The position numbers and the translations under genes were made by a program. The notes under the pieces were generated by a model. The model was not told the DNA's origin and did no database searches. It saw only the letters and a program-made list of their open reading frames with translations. This document shows positions 17,247 to 27,366 of a stretch of DNA of 64,000 nt, piece by piece. How positions within the stretch are numbered: the first letter of the stretch is position 1; each line of letters starts with the position of its first letter. The DNA comes from Clostridia bacterium (GTDB taxonomy: Bacteria; Bacillota; Clostridia; TANB77; CAG-508): contig JBKXSZ010000004.1 in the NCBI GenBank assembly GCA_047017005.1, positions 8,454 to 72,453 of the forward strand, given 5' to 3'.

Positions 17247-19658
17247 ATGGCATACAATTTTAAAGAAATTGAAAAAAAATGGCAAACAAAATGGGAAAAT
17301 GAAGGAACCTTTAATGCAAAAGAAGATACTTCAATAAAAAAATGGTATGGATTAATTGAATTTCCATATCCCTCTGGACAAGGTCTGCATGTTGGTCATC
17401 CAAGAAGTTATACCGCTCTAGATATTATTGCAAGGAAGAGAAGAATGCAAGGATATAACGTGCTATATCCTATTGGATTTGATGCATTTGGACTTCCTGC
17501 AGAAAATTATGCAATTAAAAATCATGTACACCCAAGAGTGATAACTGAAAAAAATATTGATAACTTTAGAAGACAATTAAAATCCCTTGGATTTTCTTTT
17601 GACTGGTCTCGCGAAATTAACACAACAGACCCCGACTACTATAAATGGAGTCAATGGATTTTTATCCAGTTATATAAACACGGACTAGCATATAAAACGA
17701 CCATGCCAATTAACTACTGTACAGGATGTAAAGTAGGACTTGCAAATGAAGAAGTAGTAAATGGTGTTTGTGAAAGATGCGGAAGTCCTGTTGTTCAAAA
17801 AGAAAAAAGTCAATGGATGCTTAAAATTACAGAATATGCGCAACGTTTAATCGATGATTTAGATGATGTTAATTTCTTAGAGAAAATTAAATTACAACAA
17901 AAAAATTGGATTGGAAGGTCAGAGGGTGCTGAAGTTACTTTTAAAATTGCAGGAGAAGATGAGCAATTAGTAGTTTATACGACAAGACCAGACACACTAT
18001 TCGGTGCTACCTATATGGTTGTTGCTCCAGAGCATCCAATTTTAGAAAAACTTTCTTCTAAAATTAAAAACTTAGATGAAATTAAAGAATACCAAAAACA
18101 AGCAAGTTTAAAATCAGATTTTGAAAGGGCAGAACTTGTAAAAGATAAAACAGGTGTTGAAATTAAAGGCTTAAGGGCTATTAATCCTGTTAATGGGAAA
18201 GAAATTCCAATTTGGGTTTCTGACTATGTATTAATTACCTATGGTACTGGTGCTATCATGGCAGTTCCTGCTCATGATACAAGAGACTGGGAATTCGCTA
18301 AGAAATTTAATCTACCTATCATCGAAGTAGTTGCAGGTGGTGAAAATGTACAAGAAGAGGCCTATACCAATGTTGCTACTGGTAAAATGGTAAACTCCGG
18401 GTTCTTAAACGGACTAGAAGTAAAAGATGCTATCAAAGCAATGATTGCTTACTTAGAAGAAAATAAAATTGGAGCCAAAAAGATAAACTATAAACTACGT
18501 GACTGGGTTTTTTCTAGACAACGTTATTGGGGAGAACCAATACCAATGATACATTGTGAAAAATGTGGTTGGGTTCCACTAGATGAAAAGGACTTACCTT
18601 TAGTTCTTCCAGAAGTAGAAGATTATGAACCAGGAGAAAACGGAGAATCTCCTTTAGCTAAACATTCCGAATGGGTAAACACTACATGTCCACACTGTGG
18701 AGGTCCTGCAAAAAGGGAAACCGATACCATGCCGCAATGGGCAGGTTCCTCTTGGTATTATCTAAGATATATGGACCCACATAATAACGATGCTCTTGCT
18801 TCCAAAGAAGCACTAGAATATTGGTCTCCAGTTGATTGGTATAACGGTGGAATGGAACATACAACACTTCACTTACTATACTCTCGTTTCTGGCATAAGT
18901 TCCTATATGATATTGGAGTTGTACCAACCAAAGAGCCTTATTCCAAACGTACTTCTCATGGTATGATTCTAGGAGACAATGGAGAAAAGATGTCTAAATC
19001 CAAAGGAAATGTTGTAAATCCAGATGATATTGTAAATGAATTTGGTGCTGACACATTCCGTGTTTATGAAATGTTCATCGGACCATTTGACCAATCCGCT
19101 CCATGGTCTATGGATAGTATTCGTGGTTGCTACAAATTCTTAGAAAGAGTTTGGAATATGAAAGATTTAATAATAGATGGAGATACCTATTCTTCTGAGC
19201 TTGAAAAATCGATTCATAAAGCAATCAAGAAAATATCAGATGATATTGAAGAAATGAAGTTCAATACTTGTGTTTCTACATTAATGGCATTAACAAACGA
19301 AATCTACAAGCTAAAGAAATTAACAAAAAAAGATTTTACTACTTTCCTACAACTATTAAATCCATTTGCACCGCATATGACAGAAGAATTAAATCAAGCA
19401 ATTGAAAATGTGACAGAAATTAGTCAAATGGTTTGGCCATCCTATGATGAAACCAAAACAATTGACCAAGAGATAGAAATTCCTGTTCAAGTAAATGGAA
19501 AAGTAAGAGGAAAAGTAAAAATCGCATTAGATGCTCCAGAAGAAGAAGTAAAAGCAAATGTTTATGCTTCCGATTCTGTAAAAAATAGTGTAGAAGGAAA
19601 GACAATTGTTAAAGAAATCTATGTAAAGAATAAAATCTATAACATTGTTGTAAAATAG
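17247..19658 (+). CDS. leuS: leucine--tRNA ligase
   Basis: Class I HIGH (HVGHP) and KMSKS motifs. Full-length LeuS starts at [13 protein letters not shown]. The 27 upstream track codons are non-coding leader. Confidence 0.95.
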   Translation: MAYNFKEIEKKWQTKWENEGTFNAKEDTSIKKWYGLIEFPYPSGQGLHVGHPRSYTALDIIARKRRMQGYNVLYPIGFDAFGLPAENYAIKNHVHPRVITEKNIDNFRRQLKSLGFSFDWSREINTTDPDYYKWSQWIFIQLYKHGLAYKTTMPINYCTGCKVGLANEEVVNGVCERCGSPVVQKEKSQWMLKITEYAQRLIDDLDDVNFLEKIKLQQKNWIGRSEGAEVTFKIAGEDEQLVVYTTRPDTLFGATYMVVAPEHPILEKLSSKIKNLDEIKEYQKQASLKSDFERAELVKDKTGVEIKGLRAINPVNGKEIPIWVSDYVLITYGTGAIMAVPAHDTRDWEFAKKFNLPIIEVVAGGENVQEEAYTNVATGKMVNSGFLNGLEVKDAIKAMIAYLEENKIGAKKINYKLRDWVFSRQRYWGEPIPMIHCEKCGWVPLDEKDLPLVLPEVEDYEPGENGESPLAKHSEWVNTTCPHCGGPAKRETDTMPQWAGSSWYYLRYMDPHNNDALASKEALEYWSPVDWYNGGMEHTTLHLLYSRFWHKFLYDIGVVPTKEPYSKRTSHGMILGDNGEKMSKSKGNVVNPDDIVNEFGADTFRVYEMFIGPFDQSAPWSMDSIRGCYKFLERVWNMKDLIIDGDTYSSELEKSIHKAIKKISDDIEEMKFNTCVSTLMALTNEIYKLKKLTKKDFTTFLQLLNPFAPHMTEELNQAIENVTEISQMVWPSYDETKTIDQEIEIPVQVNGKVRGKVKIALDAPEEEVKANVYASDSVKNSVEGKTIVKEIYVKNKIYNIVVK

Positions 19659-19684
19659 CAAAAGAGCAATTATCTTATTCAATA

Positions 19685-19725
19685 AAAGAAACTTTCTAAA
19701 AAATATAGAAAGTTTCTTTTATTTC
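19685..19725 (+). terminator. leuS terminator
   Basis: 13-bp stem: AAAGAAACTTTCT pairs with AGAAAGTTTCTTT, followed by a T-run. Confidence 0.7.
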
Positions 19726-19834
19726 TGTAATCAAACTGTAATATAACTTTAACAGAAGTGAAACACTGTTTTTTCTCTCTTTATTGTATAATAAAGGAAA
19801 TAAATAGGATACAAAGGAGAAATTTTAGGTTATC

Positions 19835-20926
19835 ATGAACTATTCTTCAGAACTTAAAAAAAATGGTATTGAAGTCATAAAGCAATTAGATACCTTAAAA
19901 GTATATAAAATAGCCGCTACGATTGCAAAAAAGTTAGCAATTTCATTTCAAGAATATAACTTAGATGAAAATGCTATTTTTGACCGTCTTTCTTCTCTTC
20001 ATATGTACATTGCCAGAATGCCAGAAGGAATGGCAGAAGCTAATTACTTCTATAAAAATTCTTCTGTCTATTTTAACAGTGTAATGGATTTATCTCAAAT
20101 GGACAGCTTCGCTATGCATGAATGTATCCACTATTTACAAGAAGTAAAAAATAAAAGAGGAAAACTACTTCGTCTAGGCTTGTGTAAATTTACAAATTTT
20201 CATACACATGGTATGGGATTAAACGAAGCTGCTGTACAGCTTGCTACTTCTAAAGCAATAGGTTACAAGGAAGATGTTGTAAAATATTATGGAATTGAAC
20301 TTCATACTATTAGTCCCTCTTATTACCCTTTAGAATGTTCGATCCTTTCCCAAATGGCATATATAACAGGAGAAACTTCCTTATTTTATTCCACTTTCTT
20401 TAGTACAGATGAATTTCAGAATAAGTTCATAGGGCTTACAACAGAAAAAACATATCACAATATTGAAAATAATTTAGATACTTTACTAGATTTAGAATCT
20501 AAACTGACCGTTTTGAATAGTCAAATTCCTTATGAAGAAGATATGGCATATATGAAAAAACTAACAAAAAAAGCAGAAAACTTAAAAGAGGAAATAAAAC
20601 AGCTATATATTCAAACACAAAATCTTATTATCGTTAGCTATTTTGATAAAGCTTTTGATAATTTACATACAACAGAAGAATTAGAAGATTATAGAAGAAG
20701 CCTATATAACTTTAAAGACATGCTAGGAACCATAGAAAACTACGACTTCTTTAACAACTACTATATTGATAAAATGGCTCAATTAGATGGAAAATATAGT
20801 GAAATTGAAAATGGTATTACTGGTCTTATAGTTGTAAAGAAAAGTAGACTTAGTCTTTTTTTGCAATCTTTAAAGAATCTTCTTGGAATTCGTTCAAAAG
20901 ATGCTATTGAAATAGAATCAAAATAA
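19835..20926 (+). CDS. hypothetical protein with an N-terminal HExxH (ImmA/IrrE-like) metallopeptidase motif and a coiled-coil C-terminus
   Basis: MDSFAMHECIHYLQE, preceded by the kind of N-terminal region seen in COG2856-type peptidases. Confidence 0.45.
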   Translation: MNYSSELKKNGIEVIKQLDTLKVYKIAATIAKKLAISFQEYNLDENAIFDRLSSLHMYIARMPEGMAEANYFYKNSSVYFNSVMDLSQMDSFAMHECIHYLQEVKNKRGKLLRLGLCKFTNFHTHGMGLNEAAVQLATSKAIGYKEDVVKYYGIELHTISPSYYPLECSILSQMAYITGETSLFYSTFFSTDEFQNKFIGLTTEKTYHNIENNLDTLLDLESKLTVLNSQIPYEEDMAYMKKLTKKAENLKEEIKQLYIQTQNLIIVSYFDKAFDNLHTTEELEDYRRSLYNFKDMLGTIENYDFFNNYYIDKMAQLDGKYSEIENGITGLIVVKKSRLSLFLQSLKNLLGIRSKDAIEIESK

Positions 20927-20992
20927 TAAAATATATTTAAAATAAAAAAATTGTATTAAAAATTAAAATTGCATAAAAAGAGGAGGCTTAAT

Positions 20993-21550
20993 TCAGCCTT
21001 CCTCTTTCACTTTACCTAATTCTTTTCCTGCTGCTAATTGACTAGTTTCTCGTATTAAACGCACTCTTTGTTCCGAATACTGAAACTCATGAGCATAATA
21101 CCGTAAGAAATCTTGTGCAAATTTTTTAGCTGTTCTCCTATCTTTTTCATAGACGGCAGCTATCACAAAGAAAATGAAACATTCATTTAAACCCTCCCGG
21201 TCTAAAATCATTTCTTTATGGGTAGCCTCAGCCTTTTTTACGGTAGCTAGATATTGTTTCATATCTAGTAGAAGTTTTCTATCTTCTAAATAACATAGGA
21301 TAATAGCATAATCTATTACATATACATGTATTGCTAACACCTCTGTATCATAGAATATTTCTGGCTCCTTTTCTACTGCTTTTTGAAAAGCTTCTTTCAA
21401 AGTCTTTTCGTTGTCTTTAATCTGTTCATTGTTGCGTGATTCTTTTCGTTGGTATAATTCTGATACCACTCCAAAAAAATTCCGCATAACAGCTGTTGTA
21501 GAGTGATACACATCACTCATTTCTTCTGGTCTTTTCTTTTTTTCTTTCAT
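20993..21550 (-). CDS. hypothetical protein (185 aa)
   Basis: ORF only. It contains two in-frame CGG codons. Confidence 0.45.
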   Translation of the reverse strand: MKEKKKRPEEMSDVYHSTTAVMRNFFGVVSELYQRKESRNNEQIKDNEKTLKEAFQKAVEKEPEIFYDTEVLAIHVYVIDYAIILCYLEDRKLLLDMKQYLATVKKAEATHKEMILDREGLNECFIFFVIAAVYEKDRRTAKKFAQDFLRYYAHEFQYSEQRVRLIRETSQLAAGKELGKVKEEG

Positions 21551-21684
21551 AATAAGCCTCCTCTTTGTTGTAATTTGAAAAATAGATTAGAATTAGGTTT
21601 TTATTTATACTTCTTTTGTATGTTGAAATTATATCACCTTTTTACGTATTTTTCAATTTATTTGAATAACTAATTCTTTAACCT

Positions 21685-23037
21685 TTATTTAATCTTACTT
21701 ATATATCTATCTATTTCTTTAGCTGCTTCTCTTCCTGTCTTAGCTGCCCATGCAACAGTTGCTTTAAATCCTGCTAAATCTCCTCCTGCAAATACTTTTT
21801 CTTTTGAAGTTTGATAGTTTTCATTTACTTGTATGTATCCCCACTTATTACATTCTAATCCTAGTGTTTGAATTAATTTTTCTTCTGGTTTAGAGCCTAC
21901 TGCCATAACAACATAGTCCATTGGTAAAACATAATTGCTTCCCTCAATATTGACTGGAACTTCTCTTGTTTCTCCTTCTTTCTTTATTAATTTTGTTTTA
22001 ATACATTCTACTTTCTCTACTTTTCCTTTTTTATTACCTAATATTTTTACAACATTATTTTGAAAAAGGAATTCAATTCCTTCTGCTTTTGCATCTTCTA
22101 TCTCTTTTTTTTCTGCTGGCATTTGTTTTTCAGCTCTACGATAAATTACTTTTACCTCTTTAGCACCTAATCTCTTTATTGTTCTAGCTGCATCCATAGC
22201 TACATTTCCACCACCAATAACAGCAACTATTTTTCCCTCATATTCTGGATGTCTTCCCTTAGCTAATAGCTGATTTCCTCCATATACGCCTTCTAGCTTC
22301 TCTCCTTCGATTCCCATTTCAGAAGCTATATTAGCTCCTATTCCTAAAAATATAGCATCATAGTTTTCTTCTAGCTCACCTAATGTATAGTCTTTTCCCA
22401 ATGCTTTTCCTGTTTCTACTTTTATTCCTAATGCTATTATCTTAGCTATGGTTTTGGCTAAAATTTCTTTATCTAGTCGAAACTCCGGAATTCCATATTC
22501 TAAGATACCACCTAGTTTTTCTTCTCTTTCAAAGATAGTAACGGTATATCCCTTTCTTGCAAGATACGCTGCCGCAGTTAATCCAGCAGGACCTCCTCCA
22601 ATAACCGCTATTTTCTTCTCATTATTTACTCTATTTTCTTGTATTTCTTCCTGGTAACAGTTTAACAGACTGTCCTTATCTTCTAGCATAGCATCTCCTA
22701 TATATGCTTCTATTTCTCCTATCGAAGCAGGTTCTCCTTTTATTCCACGGATGCAATTACCCTGACATTGCTTCCTATGTGGACAAATTCTACCACATAT
22801 GCTAGATAATACTGTAGTATTAGATAAAATTTGATAAGCTTTTTCCACTTCACCTTGTTTTACTGCCTTAATAAAACTTGGAATATCATTTTCAAGAGGA
22901 CATCCTGTTCTACAAGGGCTCGTTTTGCAATGTAAACAATAATTTACTTTTTCTTGTATTTCTTTTTTTTCTTTACTTTTTTCTCTTTGGCTCATTTTTC
23001 CGTATCCTTTTCTTTTAAAGACAGATAGTTTACCCAT
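21685..23037 (-). CDS. GltD/NfnB-like NAD(P)H-dependent Fe-S flavoprotein oxidoreductase
   Basis: N-terminal Cys clusters (CLHCK..CRTGCP; CGRICPHRKQCQGNC) and two Rossmann GxGxxG motifs (GGGPAGL, GGGNVAMD). Confidence 0.8.
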   Translation of the reverse strand: MGKLSVFKRKGYGKMSQREKSKEKKEIQEKVNYCLHCKTSPCRTGCPLENDIPSFIKAVKQGEVEKAYQILSNTTVLSSICGRICPHRKQCQGNCIRGIKGEPASIGEIEAYIGDAMLEDKDSLLNCYQEEIQENRVNNEKKIAVIGGGPAGLTAAAYLARKGYTVTIFEREEKLGGILEYGIPEFRLDKEILAKTIAKIIALGIKVETGKALGKDYTLGELEENYDAIFLGIGANIASEMGIEGEKLEGVYGGNQLLAKGRHPEYEGKIVAVIGGGNVAMDAARTIKRLGAKEVKVIYRRAEKQMPAEKKEIEDAKAEGIEFLFQNNVVKILGNKKGKVEKVECIKTKLIKKEGETREVPVNIEGSNYVLPMDYVVMAVGSKPEEKLIQTLGLECNKWGYIQVNENYQTSKEKVFAGGDLAGFKATVAWAAKTGREAAKEIDRYISKIK

Positions 23038-23085
23038 TTGTCTTCATTTTATGTTGTTTTTTATTTCTTGTCAATAATTCTGACT

Positions 23086-23664
23086 TTATCGACTAATGTC
23101 TTTATTTTTTTCTCCTTTTTCATATAGAAAATAGTGCATTAAAGCAATCGTCGCACTTGCTGTTATAATTTCATTTTTATCTAACATTTCTTTTAGTTCT
23201 TTCATTGGAATTTTTATTACTTGAATATCTTCTGTTGCATCTAAGTGTCTTTGTGTTTTCTTTAGGTCAGTTGCTAGAAAAAGTGATATTTTTTCGTTGG
23301 TATACCCAACACTTGTAAAGTATTCTCTTAGCTTTTTCATCTTTCCTGCTAAGTATCCTGTTTCTTCTTCTAGTTCACGGATCGCTCCTACCTCCGCTTG
23401 TTCTCCTTTTTCAATTTGTCCTGCTGGCATTGCTAACACAGTTAAATTGATTGGTGTTCTTGGTTCTTGTATCATAATTACTTCATCCTCTTCTGTAATA
23501 GCGAGGATAACAGCAGCATCCCCTGCTAAAACATGTTCGCGATGAACTTGTTTATCATCTCTTGGATTATAGTATTCTAATTCTTCTACCGTAATTCGTT
23601 TGCCCTTATACACAGTCTTTTGTGATAATAGCTTATAGTCTAATGGTTTAAAATATGGATTCAT
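23086..23664 (-). CDS. NUDIX hydrolase (ADP-ribose pyrophosphatase-like)
   Basis: Nudix box AGQIEKGEQAEVGAIRELEEETGY. Confidence 0.8.
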   Translation of the reverse strand: MNPYFKPLDYKLLSQKTVYKGKRITVEELEYYNPRDDKQVHREHVLAGDAAVILAITEEDEVIMIQEPRTPINLTVLAMPAGQIEKGEQAEVGAIRELEEETGYLAGKMKKLREYFTSVGYTNEKISLFLATDLKKTQRHLDATEDIQVIKIPMKELKEMLDKNEIITASATIALMHYFLYEKGEKNKDISR

Positions 23665-23752
23665 CTTTCTTCCTCTTTTCTATTTTTGGTTTCTACTTGT
23701 TTTTTAATTTTTTTCCTTTTCTCTTTTCCTTTTATCTAATTGCTTTTTCTTT

Positions 23753-24319
23753 TTATACCTTTAAATTTAATTGTTTTGCTTTTTCTACTACTATTTTTAA
23801 GTCTTGGAAAAAGTCAATTTTCTTTGTATCGTCACGAAGTAATGCAGCTGGATGCCAGGTTGGCATGTATAGGATGTCTTTTTTCTCTATCCAATTTCCT
23901 CTTGCTGCTGTTATTTTATGTTCTTTTCCTAATATATTTTTTAAAGCAGTACTTCCCATTAAAATAATTATCTTAGGTTTTACCAAAATAACTTGATTTC
24001 GTAGGTATCCCATACAAGCTTCTGCTTCATCTGCTTCTGGTACACGGTTTTGTGGTGGTCTACATTTTACGATATTGGCAATATATATGTTTTCTCTTGT
24101 TATGCCTAAACCTTGAAAAGCTTTATTCATTAATTGTCCTGCTTTTCCAACGAAGGGAATCCCTTGGATATCCTCGTCTGCTCCTGGTCCTTCTCCAATT
24201 ATCATGATATCGGCTTGTTTATCTCCTACTCCAAATACGATATTCTTTCTTCCTTGTGCCAGCATACATTTTTGACATCCTTTTATTGCTTCTTCTAATT
24301 CTTCCCATGTTTCAACCAT
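23753..24319 (-). CDS. uracil-DNA glycosylase, family 4
   Basis: CQKC...GEGPGADED...FVGKAGQLM...KCRPP motifs. Confidence 0.85.
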   Translation of the reverse strand: MVETWEELEEAIKGCQKCMLAQGRKNIVFGVGDKQADIMIIGEGPGADEDIQGIPFVGKAGQLMNKAFQGLGITRENIYIANIVKCRPPQNRVPEADEAEACMGYLRNQVILVKPKIIILMGSTALKNILGKEHKITAARGNWIEKKDILYMPTWHPAALLRDDTKKIDFFQDLKIVVEKAKQLNLKV

Positions 24320-24404
24320 TTTGTTTCGCCTCTCCTTGCTTTTTTTGCTCTTATTTATTTCTGTTATTTTTTTATTTCTATCACTTCTTTTGTTTTTTCT
24401 CTTT

Positions 24405-25334
24405 TTATTTAACAGACGGTTCTAATAACTCTATTTTCGTTTTTCTACTAGTATCCATTCTTGCTTTAATCCCTAATGGTATCATTGCTTTTTTATCAAT
24501 ATGTCCGAAGTTTTCTGATTTGATAATTGGAAAAGAGTATTCTTCTCCAATGGTGTCTTTTAATATTTTCTCTATTGTAAGGTTACTCTCATGTGTATAG
24601 TTTCCTAACCATATGCCTTTTATTTTATCAAATACTTCATTTTGTTTTAAATAGTAAAAACATCGGCTAACAGCTGCTGGTTCTGATTCCCATCCTAGTT
24701 CTTCTAAAAATAGAATTTTATCTTTTACATCAACTTGATATTTTCCCAATAACAGATTGGAAAATAGGGTTAGGTTTCCTCCTATTAAAATCCCCTCTGC
24801 CATTCCTTCTTGTATCGTTTCATAGGTTTCTTTTTCTGGCTCTCCTATTCTTAAACTTCCTTCTATACAGCATTTTACAAAATGTATCCATCCATATTCA
24901 GTTTCCCATGAGGTAAAGGCCTTAAAGGTACTTCCATGAAAGGTAACCAGCCCTGTTTTCGCATATATTATATTTAATAGACTCGTTGTATCACTAAAGC
25001 CACAAAATATCTTTGGGTTATTTTGTATTGCTTCAAAATCAAGATAATCAAAAGTCTGGCTACAGTTATTTCCTCCTTTAGCACAAAGAATAGCTTTTAC
25101 TTCTTTATTCTGAAACATCCTATTGATATCTTCAGCTTTTTCTTTTGCAGTTGCCCCATACCCTGTTGTATTAGAAAAAGCATATTTCCCAAATATCATT
25201 TTAAAACCTAATCCCTCCATTAATAGAATGGATTGGTTAATCGCTTCTAAATCCTCTTTTTCAATCGGGTCCGATGGTGCAATAACAGCAACAGTATCTC
25301 CTTTTTTTAACTTGTTTGGTATGATTGTTTTCAT
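24405..25334 (-). CDS. ldcA: LD-carboxypeptidase (peptidase S66, LdcA-like)
   Basis: GDTVAVIAPS N-terminus and the GFSDTT nucleophile motif. Confidence 0.8.
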   Translation of the reverse strand: MKTIIPNKLKKGDTVAVIAPSDPIEKEDLEAINQSILLMEGLGFKMIFGKYAFSNTTGYGATAKEKAEDINRMFQNKEVKAILCAKGGNNCSQTFDYLDFEAIQNNPKIFCGFSDTTSLLNIIYAKTGLVTFHGSTFKAFTSWETEYGWIHFVKCCIEGSLRIGEPEKETYETIQEGMAEGILIGGNLTLFSNLLLGKYQVDVKDKILFLEELGWESEPAAVSRCFYYLKQNEVFDKIKGIWLGNYTHESNLTIEKILKDTIGEEYSFPIIKSENFGHIDKKAMIPLGIKARMDTSRKTKIELLEPSVK

Positions 25335-25403
25335 CTCTTCTCCTTGCTTTACTTTTATTTATTATTTTTCTTTCTCTGTTATTTTTTATTTTTCTTTTCT
25401 TCT

Positions 25404-26228
25404 CTATTTTAATGCACAAATCAAACAATTTCTACCTGTTTGTTTTCCTTCTTTTCGATAGGAATGAAAATGTTCTACCTCACATACGGTACAAATATTA
25501 CTATTTTCTATGTTTTCTTCTGGTACTCCAATTTCTTTCATGAGTGCTGTCTGAATCATAGGTATATTAATGTTATATTTTTGTACACCATTTTCTATTC
25601 TACCTGTTTTTAGCCATAGATTTGTATTTCCTAGATAGGAAAAGGTATTTTTAAAAATTTCTTTTACCTCTTCTTCTACTTCGAAGTGACAAGGATGTAT
25701 CGTTGGTCCCATGCAACACAAAATATCTTTTGGATGGCATCCAAATTTTTCTATCATTTTGATAGCTGCTTTTTGTCCTATCTTTTGTACGGTTCCTCTC
25801 CAACCTGAGTGTATATTGGCTAGTACATTTTGTACTGGGTCATATAGCAAAATAGGGGTACAATCGGATTCAATTGTCGCCAGTACCAATCCTATTTTAT
25901 TTGTTATCATTCCATCCACATTTTCAAAATTATATCCATAAAAGTATTCTTTTTCTATCTGGTTATCCACAATCTCAACACAATCTGTGTGACTTTGAAG
26001 TGGTCGAATTAAGTTTTGTGGTTTTAAATCTAAAAGAGTTAATATTTTTCGATAGTTTTTTTCTAACTCTTTATCTTCTCCTTGTTGCGTTATTCGAAAA
26101 TCAGATGGTTTTCCAACAAATGCATGTACAAGCTTTTCTTCATATGGTTTTAAACTCTTAAATTGATAATATACAATTCCTTCTTTTTGGATTACACTCA
26201 TCTCTTTTTGCTTGTCTATCTTGCTCAC
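25404..26228 (-). CDS. pgeF: YfiH/PgeF family (DUF152) peptidoglycan editing factor
   Basis: Length and the SDC...HSGWRG...C..C motif pattern. Overlaps the alr stop by 4 nt. Confidence 0.75.
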   Translation of the reverse strand: MSKIDKQKEMSVIQKEGIVYYQFKSLKPYEEKLVHAFVGKPSDFRITQQGEDKELEKNYRKILTLLDLKPQNLIRPLQSHTDCVEIVDNQIEKEYFYGYNFENVDGMITNKIGLVLATIESDCTPILLYDPVQNVLANIHSGWRGTVQKIGQKAAIKMIEKFGCHPKDILCCMGPTIHPCHFEVEEEVKEIFKNTFSYLGNTNLWLKTGRIENGVQKYNINIPMIQTALMKEIGVPEENIENSNICTVCEVEHFHSYRKEGKQTGRNCLICALK

Positions 26229-27340
26229 TCCTTTTCTTCTTTCACATATTTTCTGGGAACTCTTTGGTTAATGTTGCATAAAATTTCATGTGTAATGGTT
26301 TTCGCTTCCTGTGCTACTTTTTCTACTGTAATATCCTCATTGTCCCAAAGATACACTTTATCTCCTACCTCTACTTCTGGTAATTTCGTAACATCCACCA
26401 TAAAACTATCCATACAAATTGTTCCTACAATTGGTGCTAATTTTCCACGTATTTTAACGTATCCTTTTCCAGATAGACTTCTTGGATAACCATCTCCATA
26501 ACCAATTGCTACTGTTGCAATTTTTGTCTTTGCTCTTTTCGTGATAAATCTTCTTCCATAACTGATGGCTGTTCCTTTTGGTACTTCTTTTAGGAAGGTT
26601 ATTTGAGAGATTAATTTGGTACATGGCTTTAAGTTAATTTCTTTTTCAGATAGTTTATCTGGATAATGTCCAAATAGGATAATTCCCGGTCTTACCAAGT
26701 TAAATTTCGCTTCCGGGAAATGGGTAATTCCCGTACTTGCAGAAGCATGGACAAATTCAAAGGAAAATCCTGCATTTTCTAAGTTTTCTAGTGTTTGTGA
26801 GAAAAGCTTAATTTGTTTTTTAGTGTATTCTTTATCCGTATCTCCAGAAGAAAAATGAGTATAGATTCCCTGTATTTGAATATGTTCTAATTTCTGTATT
26901 TGGGTTGCTACTTCTACTGCCTTTTCTGGAAAAAGCCCTGTTCTTCCCATTCCAGTATCTATTTCTAGATGTATTTTTACTATTTTATTTTGTTTTTCTG
27001 CTTCTTTATTTAGTAGTTCGGCTATTGCTTGATTTGCTACTCCTATTGTTAAGTTATTTGTTACAGCATTTTTTACTTCTCCTTGTGGAATTTGGTTTAA
27101 TACCATAATATCCATTAAAAAACCTGCTTTGCGAAGAGCAATTCCTTCTTCGCAAATAGCTACTGCTGCTATTTTTATCTTGTTTTCTTCTAAAATTTGT
27201 TTTAAAGAAGCAGCGCCAGTTCCATATCCATCTGCTTTAATAACTGGCATAACAGTTATCCCTTTCCCTACTTTTTCTTGAATCTGTTTTAAATTATATG
27301 CAATCGCATCTAAATTTACTTCTAGATAGGTACTTCTCAT
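26225..27340 (-). CDS. alr: alanine racemase
   Basis: PLP-lysine motif MPVIKADGYGTG. 371 aa. Confidence 0.9.
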   Translation of the reverse strand: MRSTYLEVNLDAIAYNLKQIQEKVGKGITVMPVIKADGYGTGAASLKQILEENKIKIAAVAICEEGIALRKAGFLMDIMVLNQIPQGEVKNAVTNNLTIGVANQAIAELLNKEAEKQNKIVKIHLEIDTGMGRTGLFPEKAVEVATQIQKLEHIQIQGIYTHFSSGDTDKEYTKKQIKLFSQTLENLENAGFSFEFVHASASTGITHFPEAKFNLVRPGIILFGHYPDKLSEKEINLKPCTKLISQITFLKEVPKGTAISYGRRFITKRAKTKIATVAIGYGDGYPRSLSGKGYVKIRGKLAPIVGTICMDSFMVDVTKLPEVEVGDKVYLWDNEDITVEKVAQEAKTITHEILCNINQRVPRKYVKEEKE

Positions 27341-27366
27341 TTTCTTTCTCCTTCTCTTTTGATTTT

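Noticed and set aside
16744-17257. Track ORFs 16744..16998 and 17039..17257 in the leuS upstream gap
   Set aside because: F/L/S/K-rich and without an RBS. The second overlaps the leuS promoter and start region. Treated as non-coding.
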